From a virus (lineage: Duplodnaviria > Caudoviricetes), in IMG/VR virus record IMGVR_UViG_3300025357_000036, positions 1 to 31,738 of that record: DNA of 31,738 nucleotides, one strand, 5' to 3'. The stretch's first letter is position 1; every line of letters starts with the position of its first letter. The notes below the pieces were generated by a model that made no database searches, was not told where the DNA came from, and was given only the letters and a program-made list of their open reading frames with translations. A program made the translations under genes and the position numbers. This document shows, in pieces, positions 8,366-16,595 of this stretch.

Positions 8366-10291
8366 ATGGAATACAAAGGATTGGTTTTAGACCCACCAGC
8401 AGATACAACCTACGGACTTTCTTTTCTTGAGACTGTTCCACAGTTCATTCGTGAGCTTACTGCTTATCGCTTGACCCGTGGGGAGTTTGGAAGGCGTGAG
8501 CGAATAAAAATGGATTTGAAATTGGAGAATACAACCCTAAAAAACCCTGCACAACACATGATCAACTGCTTTCAGTTGATTTATGGTAACGATGTATTGC
8601 TCCATTCGCAGGGAATACCCAACAATTATGCCCTAGACATCATAAATTTGTTCTGCAATGAGAACGATTGGGGTATTGCGGGATGTGCAAGTAGTGGAAA
8701 AACCTTTTCTGTGGCGGCTTGTATCGTGATTGATTGGCTTTGCGCTCCAGATTGCACATCAACATACGTTGCATCTACGTCTCTTGATGCTTCTGAAGAT
8801 AGATTATGGGGCAAGGTTTGTACTCTTTATCGCATTGCAATGCGTAATTTACAGGCGAAATTTGGCAAAGATACGAGCATTGGAAACCTTGTTGAGTACC
8901 GAAGGATGATTGTTTTTGAGTCAATAGACACCAAAGATTCTGAACGAGACTATACCAATGCCATAAAAGCATTGGCTTTTCCCCGTGGAGGAGAAGGAAA
9001 GCGTTCTGTGGAGAATACAAGAGGTAGAAAGAATGCCAGAATGCGGTTATTTTTGGATGAGTTGGCTGAAATGGATCTCTACGCATTGGATACCCGTGTC
9101 AACCTTGGAGCAAATCCCGATTTCATATTTGGTGGCATGGCTAACCCGTCTAATACTGCCAATAATCCCCATACGGAGTTGTGCCAACCAGATGATCCAA
9201 TGGAATGGGAGTCTGTAAATAGATATACCCATCAATGGAAAACCAGAACTGGAGTTGCGTTGCATCTTTCTGGTGAAGACAGCCCAAATTTCCTTAAACC
9301 AGATGCAGAAATACCCCCATTTGATCGTTTTCTTACCGTTGAAGGAGAAGCGGCTACCCTAAAAAGGTGCTATGGCAATAAAAATGCCCTAGAATACTGG
9401 CGAAATGTCTATGGTTGGTGGCCCGATTCCTCTGTAGAACTCACAATCTTCTCAAAACAATTCATCCAAGCCTGTGATATAGCATGGGAACCTGTTTGGA
9501 GTGATAGAACAAAGGTAGTTTGTGGCTTTGACCCTGCATTTACGGCTGGTGGAGACAGATGTGCGGCTACATTTTGTCGTTATGGCCCAAATGATACAGG
9601 TAGAAGAGTTGGTTTTTATCTTGGAACAAGAGAATATAGTTCTTCTGTGGGAGATGTTTTTGAAGAAAGCATTGCAATGCAATTGGTTAAAGATTGCATA
9701 AAGTATGGGGTTCATCCAAGGGACTTTGGATTGGATATTTCTGGTGATGGAGGAAAGATGATGAGGGCCATTATCATTGAGTGGAGTAAATTCCATCCAG
9801 AAGCTATGTTTGTATTCCCCATTTCTTCTATGGCAATGCCCACAGAGAGAAAAATCAGCAATTTGGATAAGCGAACCTGCAAAGAAGCCTATGATCGTCT
9901 GGTTACGGAGTACTGGTTTGCCGTACATACCGCCATGTCAACGAAAAGTTTAGTTGGCATAGATGTGGAAAAGCATACCCAAATGGTAAATGAGCTTTGC
10001 TCTAGGCTTTACTACCACAAGGGTAGAAAGGTTGCTGTTGAGAAAAAGCTGGATATGAAAGCCAGAATTAAGAAATCACCCGATTTGGCTGATTCCATGA
10101 CCTACGCAGTCCAAATGCTACGCAGGGCGGGACTAGAGTTTAATTTTGAAGAAGAAGCAGAGTCACTTGACATCCTTGAAATTCAAGATTGGGAAAACCG
10201 ATTGGTTCACAGCAAGCACAATTCTGAAGAGCAAATTGAAAACGATGAATGGGGATATGGTGGAAGAGGTTGTGATGACGATGGCTTTTGA
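8366..10291 (+). CDS. terL: terminase large subunit
   Basis: Walker A GCASSGKT, Walker B LFLDE, coupling motif MANP, RNase H-like nuclease motifs GFDPAFTAGGD and SPDLADS. Confidence 0.92.
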   Translation: MEYKGLVLDPPADTTYGLSFLETVPQFIRELTAYRLTRGEFGRRERIKMDLKLENTTLKNPAQHMINCFQLIYGNDVLLHSQGIPNNYALDIINLFCNENDWGIAGCASSGKTFSVAACIVIDWLCAPDCTSTYVASTSLDASEDRLWGKVCTLYRIAMRNLQAKFGKDTSIGNLVEYRRMIVFESIDTKDSERDYTNAIKALAFPRGGEGKRSVENTRGRKNARMRLFLDELAEMDLYALDTRVNLGANPDFIFGGMANPSNTANNPHTELCQPDDPMEWESVNRYTHQWKTRTGVALHLSGEDSPNFLKPDAEIPPFDRFLTVEGEAATLKRCYGNKNALEYWRNVYGWWPDSSVELTIFSKQFIQACDIAWEPVWSDRTKVVCGFDPAFTAGGDRCAATFCRYGPNDTGRRVGFYLGTREYSSSVGDVFEESIAMQLVKDCIKYGVHPRDFGLDISGDGGKMMRAIIIEWSKFHPEAMFVFPISSMAMPTERKISNLDKRTCKEAYDRLVTEYWFAVHTAMSTKSLVGIDVEKHTQMVNELCSRLYYHKGRKVAVEKKLDMKARIKKSPDLADSMTYAVQMLRRAGLEFNFEEEAESLDILEIQDWENRLVHSKHNSEEQIENDEWGYGGRGCDDDGF

Positions 10292-10294
10292 TGC

Positions 10295-10322
10295 TTGACG
10301 CATTTTGAATCTTTGATACTTT
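10295..10322 (+). promoter_or_regulatory. sigma70-like promoter
   Basis: TTGACG-N16-TACTTT just after the terL stop codon. Confidence 0.45.
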
Positions 10323-10330
10323 TTCCATAT

Positions 10331-10410
10331 CTGAATGGTGAAGCATTCTGGTAAAACTTTCCTCCTCCAAAAAAAGCCCCGCTGTAGTGCTTCACCACTC
10401 GGCGGGGCTT
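10331..10410 (+). ncRNA. two-hairpin kissing-loop element; second hairpin reads as an intrinsic terminator on the - strand
   Basis: Loop 1 GTGAAG (10338-10343) is complementary to loop 2 CTTCAC (10390-10395). Stem AAGCCCCGCTG/CGGCGGGGCTT; A7 run upstream gives a U7 tract on -. Confidence 0.6.
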
Positions 10411-10654
10411 GCCCGTTATAGCAAGTGAGGATGGGCGTGTATTCGTACCACGCGATCCAACAACAACGGCTTTGGAGAATCAAAACTCCTTACCCGATGA
10501 GAGAGAAGGGAAACACCCTGCATCCATTCTGGGGTGCAGTAGTTTCTTTTCTTTTCTGACAGGCTTTCCCTACAAGGAGTGGGGGGATCAGGGGGGTGTT
10601 TGCTTTAATCTTTTGCTTTTCTTTAGTGCTGGGATCTATATCATCTAATCACTT

Positions 10655-11611
10655 ATGGCTAGATTCTCCCCTCAAGAGTTCCGTAACGGAGCAATGATTC
10701 CTTCTGTCCTAGAGGGTAAAATTGATTCATCTGTTTCTTCTTTGATCAAAACGGAATCTCCTAAATTTGGTGGTGGTCAGTACAAGCGTAAGCCTAGTTT
10801 CTTGATGTGTCCTCCTAAATACTTGTCCACGGCAATTGCCAACAACAAGTTTATGAAAGGACAGAAGGTTGATACTGAAAGGGCAATGCGTCAGTACACT
10901 AGAATCAAGCGTCTCATTACTGCTCTTGGAGTTAAAGTCATTGAGTTGCCTCCTACCAAAGGAGCACAGGATCAGCATTTCGTCGCCAACCTTGGTCTAT
11001 CAGTTGATCCTTTTATTTTCATCGCCAAGATGAGTGCCGATGGTCGCCAGATTGAAGAAGAGCCTGGTCGCCGATTCTTTGAAAAAATGGGCTATACCGT
11101 TCTCCAACCTCCTCATTTCTGGGAAGGAGAAGCTGAAACCAAGCATTGGAAAGACAACACCTACTTTGGCGGTCATGGAAAATTCTCTGATTGGAAAGCA
11201 CAAGAATGGATTTCTAAAAAAGGTGGTATTGAAATCATCCCAATGAAAATGGTTAGTGATGATTTGTATCATCTTGATTGCTGTATCCATGTCATTGATC
11301 CAGAGAATCTGATGGTTTGCCGTTCTGGTATTGATTCCGAATCATTCAAGCGTCTTGAGAAGCTGGCAAACATCATTGTTGTCCCCAAGGAAATGGAAGC
11401 AACTGGTGCTACCAATCTGATCCGTATCCCTGACAAGAATATTGTCATTAGCGGTATGTTCCAACCAGAGTATGAAAACTATCGCAAGAGCATGGAATGG
11501 ATGCTTACCACAATGGACAAATTCAATAACTCTGTAATCTTTGCAGACATTGATGAAGCTGACAAAAACGGTGCTGATTGTTCATGTCAGGTCATGCACA
11601 TCACATTCTGA
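10655..11611 (+). CDS. amidinotransferase / dimethylarginine dimethylaminohydrolase family (pentein) enzyme
   Basis: Motifs FLMCPP, DQHFVAN, WEGEAE, YHLDCC and C-terminal KNGADCSC containing the candidate catalytic Cys. Confidence 0.85.
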   Translation: MARFSPQEFRNGAMIPSVLEGKIDSSVSSLIKTESPKFGGGQYKRKPSFLMCPPKYLSTAIANNKFMKGQKVDTERAMRQYTRIKRLITALGVKVIELPPTKGAQDQHFVANLGLSVDPFIFIAKMSADGRQIEEEPGRRFFEKMGYTVLQPPHFWEGEAETKHWKDNTYFGGHGKFSDWKAQEWISKKGGIEIIPMKMVSDDLYHLDCCIHVIDPENLMVCRSGIDSESFKRLEKLANIIVVPKEMEATGATNLIRIPDKNIVISGMFQPEYENYRKSMEWMLTTMDKFNNSVIFADIDEADKNGADCSCQVMHITF

Positions 11612-11781
11612 TGAATAAAATCTACAAAGTTATTGTTGGATTTATCAGTTGGATTAATGGGTTATGCCCAGAGTGTGGTAAAGAATTAAGTGCTTGCAAT
11701 ACTCCTCCTTGTCACATATGCAACGTGGCGGGTTGTATTCGTCCCGTAAGGTTATGGAAACGATTTCTAAACAGCCTATGA
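11611..11781 (+). CDS. small Zn-ribbon protein
   Basis: TGATG overlap with the previous gene; CPEC..CHIC. Confidence 0.6.
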   Translation: MNKIYKVIVGFISWINGLCPECGKELSACNTPPCHICNVAGCIRPVRLWKRFLNSL

Positions 11782-11894
11782 ATAAAACAGCAACCACAAC
11801 ATCTGCCAAATCATATGCCAATCTTCGTCCTGCTAGAGTTTCTTACGGCTCCATTCAAAAGAAAAAGCCAAAGCGTAAACCAAGAACAAAATGA
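11778..11894 (+). CDS. small basic protein (38 aa)
   Basis: ATGA overlap with the previous gene; K/R-rich C-terminus. Confidence 0.5.
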   Translation: MNKTATTTSAKSYANLRPARVSYGSIQKKKPKRKPRTK

Positions 11895-11895
11895 T

Positions 11896-12213
11896 ATGAC
11901 TCCAGAACAAGATGCTTTTGATATTTGGTCGAAAGCAGGTTCTGCTGGCATGGAGAAATACATCAAGGGTAGCAAGGAACATGGAACCCAATTTTGGACT
12001 GCTGGTGCAGGTTGGTACGCACAGAACCTACGTGATGAACAGCTAGACTTAATCAGCTATCTGCATCATCTGCATCAACGCATCAAACTCTGCCAACTCC
12101 TGGCTAAAATGATGGCAGAGGAAGAAGTCTCATTGCGTGATGCCTCAATCCTTTTGAGCAATTTGGTTTCGGATAATCCTCCCCAACCATTGCCTCACCA
12201 ATCCAATGACTAA
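11896..12213 (+). CDS. MazG-like all-alpha NTP pyrophosphohydrolase-type phage protein (putative)
   Basis: Pattern G.KEHG..W....LRDEQLDLISYL resembles the EExxD helix family; start chosen at ATG 11896. Confidence 0.5.
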   Translation: MTPEQDAFDIWSKAGSAGMEKYIKGSKEHGTQFWTAGAGWYAQNLRDEQLDLISYLHHLHQRIKLCQLLAKMMAEEEVSLRDASILLSNLVSDNPPQPLPHQSND

Positions 12214-13009
12214 ACAAAAACCCGTTGGTGCGGTAATAGTCAGCGATCTTCATTGTGGATCGGTTGTCGGCTTATGGCCTGACGGTCACATTACCAGTAC
12301 AGGAAACCAAATTGGTCTTGGTAACAATCTCCATCAGCAATGGCTATGGCAATGCTGGCAGGATAAAGACCAGAAGATAAAAGCTCATTTTGGAAAAGAT
12401 CCATTCATTCTTATCATCAATGGTGACTGCATAGAAGGTCGCCATCATGGTTCCAATGAAATCGTAGCGGCTCTCAATCTTGATCATACGCTTGCCGCCA
12501 TCGAATGCCTTAAACCTTTAGCCAAGTTAGCCAGTAAGGTATACATGACCGCAGGTACGGAATGTCACGTTGGAGATTGGGAAAAGATGATTGCAAAGGA
12601 ATTGGGTGCTATGTGGCTAGGAGACAAGGGACTCATTGAAATCAATGGATCTCTCATTGATGTGGCCCACCATATGCCAACATCCTCAAGAGCTTATCTT
12701 GAAGCAGGAGCCATGAGCATTACTATGGGCAACGCCCGTCAGAATTACTCCCGTGTCGGGCATAAGGTTCCCAACATTTATTTAAGAGGCCATCGCCACA
12801 CGGGAGGTATTTTTAATGATGGAAACGGAATATTCATGGTTACACCTGCTTGGCAGATGTTGACTAGATATGCCCATAAAGTTGTAGGAGATGCCATTTG
12901 CCGCCCTGGCGTTGGTATACTCGATTGGCGTGGATGTAACAAAGGAGATTTACCAGCAACCAAACTAATCCAATATGCCCCGCAAGAAAATACACCCATT
13001 AGAAGCTGA
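12206..13009 (+). CDS. calcineurin-like metallophosphoesterase
   Basis: Motifs SDLHCG, NGDCIEG, GTECH, HH, GHRH. Confidence 0.85.
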   Translation: MTKQKPVGAVIVSDLHCGSVVGLWPDGHITSTGNQIGLGNNLHQQWLWQCWQDKDQKIKAHFGKDPFILIINGDCIEGRHHGSNEIVAALNLDHTLAAIECLKPLAKLASKVYMTAGTECHVGDWEKMIAKELGAMWLGDKGLIEINGSLIDVAHHMPTSSRAYLEAGAMSITMGNARQNYSRVGHKVPNIYLRGHRHTGGIFNDGNGIFMVTPAWQMLTRYAHKVVGDAICRPGVGILDWRGCNKGDLPATKLIQYAPQENTPIRS

Positions 13010-13256
13010 CCTCCGCAGTAGTGCATACGAATGGGTACACAAAATACCATCGCTTACCCAAGGAAATATAGATGTTGTTCCAGAAGGTTGGATTACCAAT
13101 GAAAAATATAGCGAGATGATGAACATACCTCAAAAGACTTCTGAATACCAATTGAAAGAGGCTTGCAAGCGAGGTGAGCTACAAAGGAAACAATTCCGTA
13201 TTCAAACACATCGTTGCAAAGTTTTAGTCTGGCACTACTACAAAAAAGACCAATGA
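12975..13256 (+). CDS. hypothetical protein (possible winged HTH)
   Basis: 93 aa, overlaps both neighbours. Confidence 0.6.
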   Translation: MPRKKIHPLEADLRSSAYEWVHKIPSLTQGNIDVVPEGWITNEKYSEMMNIPQKTSEYQLKEACKRGELQRKQFRIQTHRCKVLVWHYYKKDQ

Positions 13257-13624
13257 AAACCAAAGAGTTCTATCTCAAGATAGATAATTGGAAAAGTGGT
13301 TGTTGGTTAGTATGGCCCGTAAATAGGAAACAAGCAGAAGCATGGTTGCATCAGAAATTCACAGATGATGACTCAAGGGAAATACCCCATCTGGATACAG
13401 CGGATGCCTGTACGGTCTGCTCCTGTCCTCCAATCATCTTCCTTACCAAATGGAACTCATCACCAGAATGGATAGCCAACCTAACCCATGAATGCATCCA
13501 TGTTGCCAACCACATATTGGAACAACGGGGAGTAAAAGAGAAAGAGGGTTGTGACGAGGCGTTGGCTTACCTCGTTGGGTATCTCGTTGAGAGCTTTATG
13601 ATAGCCCTCAAAAAGAAGCGTTAG
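13253..13624 (+). CDS. HExxH zinc metallopeptidase-like phage protein
   Basis: LTHECIH followed by DEALAYLVGYL. Confidence 0.7.
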   Translation: MKTKEFYLKIDNWKSGCWLVWPVNRKQAEAWLHQKFTDDDSREIPHLDTADACTVCSCPPIIFLTKWNSSPEWIANLTHECIHVANHILEQRGVKEKEGCDEALAYLVGYLVESFMIALKKKR

Positions 13625-13818
13625 GCAAATTGAAGAAGATGACCTTGGTGATGAGCAAGCAGTTGAAGAATAGCCTTTCCTTCTTCAGTAGCAATGTGAC
13701 CAGTACCTTGGCATTTCCAGCAAGGCTCACCAATCCCATCGTCATAGAAGTCCTGACCAGTCCCGCCGCATTCATCACAGGTCTTCTCCAACCTGGTATT
13801 GAATAGTATGTTTTTCAT
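13621..13818 (-). CDS. Anti-TRAP-like / DnaJ-type zinc finger protein
   Basis: LEKTCDECGGTG..PCWKCQGTGHIATEEGKAILQLL follows the B. subtilis RtpA layout (LE..CxxC..CxxCxGxG..LTxxG..LL). Confidence 0.7.
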   Translation of the reverse strand: MKNILFNTRLEKTCDECGGTGQDFYDDGIGEPCWKCQGTGHIATEEGKAILQLLAHHQGHLLQFA

Positions 13819-13866
13819 ACATTTCCATCAATAGAGTTTTTTTTCTCAAAGTCAACACTTTTATAA

Positions 13867-14091
13867 ATGAATGCACAAGAATCTCTCATGCGTGAGGCTT
13901 TACATAAAGCATGGGAAGGTATTGAATATGGAGACATCATTGGAAAACTAGACCAAGAACACCAGAAACGCCTCAAATCCTTCATCCTTGATATGCCAGA
14001 GGAGATCGCAACAAAAACGATTTACGGGGCCGTGGCGTGTCGGGAAAGGGTCAATGTGCCAAGAGGTAGAGGCAGACCAAGAAAATCTTAA
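13867..14091 (+). CDS. hypothetical protein with C-terminal AT-hook-like motif
   Basis: 74 aa ending RGRGRPRKS. Confidence 0.6.
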   Translation: MNAQESLMREALHKAWEGIEYGDIIGKLDQEHQKRLKSFILDMPEEIATKTIYGAVACRERVNVPRGRGRPRKS

Positions 14092-14165
14092 TATCCTGTG
14101 GTGTAACGGTAACACATCTCCCTTTGGAGGAGATTTTCATGGTTCAAATCCATGCGGGGTAGCCA
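14092..14165 (+). tRNA. trnQ: tRNA-Gln (TTG)
   Basis: Acceptor TATCCTG/CGGGGTA, anticodon arm TCTCC-CTTTGGA-GGAGA, T arm CATGG-TTCAAAT-CCATG, discriminator G, encoded CCA. Confidence 0.95.
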
Positions 14166-14283
14166 TTTGAATACCACCTTACTATGCAAAAGTGGTATAA
14201 ATAATTTAAGATCAAAGGCTAGTAATATTTGGTGTCTATTGAGTTTGTCAGAAAAAGTGTATGGTTTTTCCTTCAAGAAGTTA

Positions 14284-14316
14284 CCGATCATGTGGCCGAT
14301 CATGTCACCGATCATG
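14284..14316. repeat. 3 x CCGATCATG with 12-bp period
   Basis: Copies at 14284, 14296 and 14308. Confidence 0.9.
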
Positions 14317-14405
14317 CACATTCAATAGAAGTTAACGAGCGGAAACAATAATGATTTATATCTCAAAAATAATGCTCAATGGGTATATTTTTGATTTATA
14401 GATCA

Positions 14406-14466
14406 ATTATACCCGATAGGGAACAATATGCCCGAATTTGCACCAGATTATACCCGATAGGGAACA
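14406..14466. repeat. 2 x 20-bp direct repeat ATTATACCCGATAGGGAACA
   Basis: Identical copies at 14406-14425 and 14447-14466, 21-bp spacer. Confidence 0.9.
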
Positions 14467-14723
14467 GGTGGTTCCATTACAAAACCTTTCCATTTGTGCA
14501 AAGATGTTTAGAGTTTGTAAAAGATGTGCTACATATATCCGTTCATGGTAGCGTGAACACTACATTTTCTGTAAACTGTTTAATCCAGATACATGGAATG
14601 AAGCGTAGCTTGATTAATTTGTGCTAGGATAATCCCCCATGAGGGGAATAACGGTATACAAATCTAAACAAGGAACCCCCTTTTGCACTTGCTCACAGGC
14701 AGAAGTGTCGGGGGTAAATCTTG

Positions 14724-14939
14724 TTATTCCAATCCCCTAATCATATCCCGATCCCAATCACTCAACCTTGGGTCATCAATGTGATCCTTTAGTATTGCAG
14801 TTAACCTTTTCCTCTCCTGTTTCATCCCTCCATAACCACCAGGATCTTTACTAGCCTTCTCACCAAGCTCCGTAGCCAGACTACGCAACAACATGATGCT
14901 CGGCCTTGTAAACTCACTCTCTGGGTATCTCAAACTCAT
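14724..14939 (-). CDS. hypothetical protein
   Basis: 71 aa ATG ORF with normal protein-like composition. Confidence 0.55.
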   Translation of the reverse strand: MSLRYPESEFTRPSIMLLRSLATELGEKASKDPGGYGGMKQERKRLTAILKDHIDDPRLSDWDRDMIRGLE

Positions 14940-15334
14940 TGTTCGTAATTTAGACTACGCCTGTCCAATGTGTCAAGATATGTCGATTCTTTAAACATAT
15001 CCCATCCCTCATGTCTAAAGAATCCACTTTCCTATACACATAGCAACTAAAAGAATCTTTCAGTAGGGAAACTTTCCAATAGGGATTTTTTTTCAGTAGC
15101 TCATGTCGCACACGACCGCATATATGGGCGGTGGCCCACCCCCTCCCCACCACCCGTCAAGCATTCTTATAGGATTCCCCACCATGCACGGCCCCTGCGC
15201 CCGGCAAGGCTGCCGGGATAGTTACCGGAAAGCACCGGAATAGGCACTCCCAGGCTTTTTACTAAAAAATAGTAAGTACTAGAATGCCCGTAGAATCACT
15301 TTGATTACCTAGGCAGGTAGATCATACCCATGAA

Positions 15335-15883
15335 TTACTCTACCATCTCTGCATCTACCTCGATGGTCGCTGGTGCTGTCGCTGGTAACGCTACACGCTC
15401 ACCATGCTGTAAGACTTCGCCTTGCTGCCGGCCTAGCTGGATTATGAAAGCAAACGGATTCATCGCCTGAGGAGACCTATCGCTGAACCGATCTCCGCTC
15501 ATAATATTATCTTCCTTCAATGCGTCCATCTTTGACACTAACTTAACTACCCTTTTAACATTCCCCTGCTGATCCACCTCTTCCCTAACTTCCTGGATCA
15601 AATCCGCATCCGCTTTGCTCGCATCAGCTCGAACTACACGACTCAAGAAACTGCGCTTCTCGTTGTAACTTAGAGCATCCTTTTCAAACTGCTTATCTTT
15701 CAGCTTCTTAAGCTCTTGCTGGATTCTTTCACTCTTTAGAAGACGGATTGCATTGGCTCCGTGCCCCTCGATAGTTGGGCAAGAATACCCTGCTCTTCTG
15801 TGAGCTTGTGCCATTGACTCTCCTTGAACGATTAGTTTAATGAATTTAAGTTGACGAGTATTTAGAGCTTTTTGTCGTGGCAT
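15335..15883 (-). CDS. terS: terminase small subunit
   Basis: N-terminal LNTRQLKF..AHRRAGYS..A.RLLK..RIQ.EL is the Terminase_2-type HTH; start chosen at ATG 15883. Confidence 0.85.
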   Translation of the reverse strand: MPRQKALNTRQLKFIKLIVQGESMAQAHRRAGYSCPTIEGHGANAIRLLKSERIQQELKKLKDKQFEKDALSYNEKRSFLSRVVRADASKADADLIQEVREEVDQQGNVKRVVKLVSKMDALKEDNIMSGDRFSDRSPQAMNPFAFIIQLGRQQGEVLQHGERVALPATAPATIEVDAEMVE

Positions 15884-16104
15884 AGATAGAGCACTTTTGA
15901 CAGAGTGAGTTGATAAAGTCAACCTTGCTTGAGTGATCACGCTTTGACCATATCGCTTCGCTCATTATCGGCGAGCGAAACGGCGATTAGAAAAGGCTGC
16001 CTAGTTTCGCCGATGGTGTTGTGATTTTATGGAATATGGGAATGATAGAAAGGGAACTAGCAAACCAGTGTACTCTTCTTTTCCTCGAGCCTTCAGCTCT
16101 CGGC

Positions 16105-16133
16105 ATTATAATGAACACGGTTTTTCTCGTCAA
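16105..16133 (-). promoter_or_regulatory. near-consensus sigma70 promoter
   Basis: TTGACG-N17-TATAAT on the - strand. Confidence 0.75.
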
Positions 16134-16275
16134 CACGTTTCCCTAGTTTTTCTCATGTTTTCTTTTTCTTACTCTGTAGTGCAAGTGATAGAAAATGATC
16201 ATGTCTTGCAGTCTGTGACGCTCGGAGGTGCATGAATACTGGATGAAAGAATCTTTGCTTTCTTGTAAAAAGATG

Positions 16276-16304
16276 TTGCAAAGATTGAAAGAATGTGGAA
16301 TGAT
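16276..16304 (+). promoter_or_regulatory. putative early promoter
   Basis: TTGCAA-N17-AATGAT (with TG at the extended -10 position), 6 nt before ATG 16311. Confidence 0.5.
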
Positions 16305-16310
16305 GTTCCC

Positions 16311-16568
16311 ATGATTCCGGTTGACTCTCTCTCTCGCTCTTCACGCTTCGTGCTTATAATGCGCCGCGATAATGGCGCACTTTATCCTATAGAATTTAAA
16401 TTCCGCAAGCTGAACAAGAAGGCCAACACTTGCGAATGGTCACGAGCATGGACAAGTGTGCAGGATGTCCACAGAACATCATCAGTTGACTATATTTCCC
16501 AAAAGGCTTTTGCAACTTTTGAAGAAGCACATCAAGAGATTTCCCGACTCGAAAAGGGTAGGGAATAA
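16311..16568 (+). CDS. hypothetical early protein
   Basis: First ORF of the rightward gene array. Confidence 0.6.
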   Translation: MIPVDSLSRSSRFVLIMRRDNGALYPIEFKFRKLNKKANTCEWSRAWTSVQDVHRTSSVDYISQKAFATFEEAHQEISRLEKGRE

Positions 16569-16595
16569 CCAAAACACAAACACCAACACCACGAC

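Noticed and set aside
10409-10648. 79-aa TTG-start ORF
   Set aside because: Starts inside a hairpin and covers structured, low-complexity sequence; cannot be excluded but is unsupported.
14406-14466. Possible mini-CRISPR array
   Set aside because: Only two 20-bp repeats with a 21-bp spacer; no cas operon (the Cas4-like gene sits in a RecT recombination module).
14088-14627. ORFs 14088-14321(-) and 14379-14627(+)
   Set aside because: One overlaps the tRNA; both run through the palindrome array with no RBS or protein-like composition.
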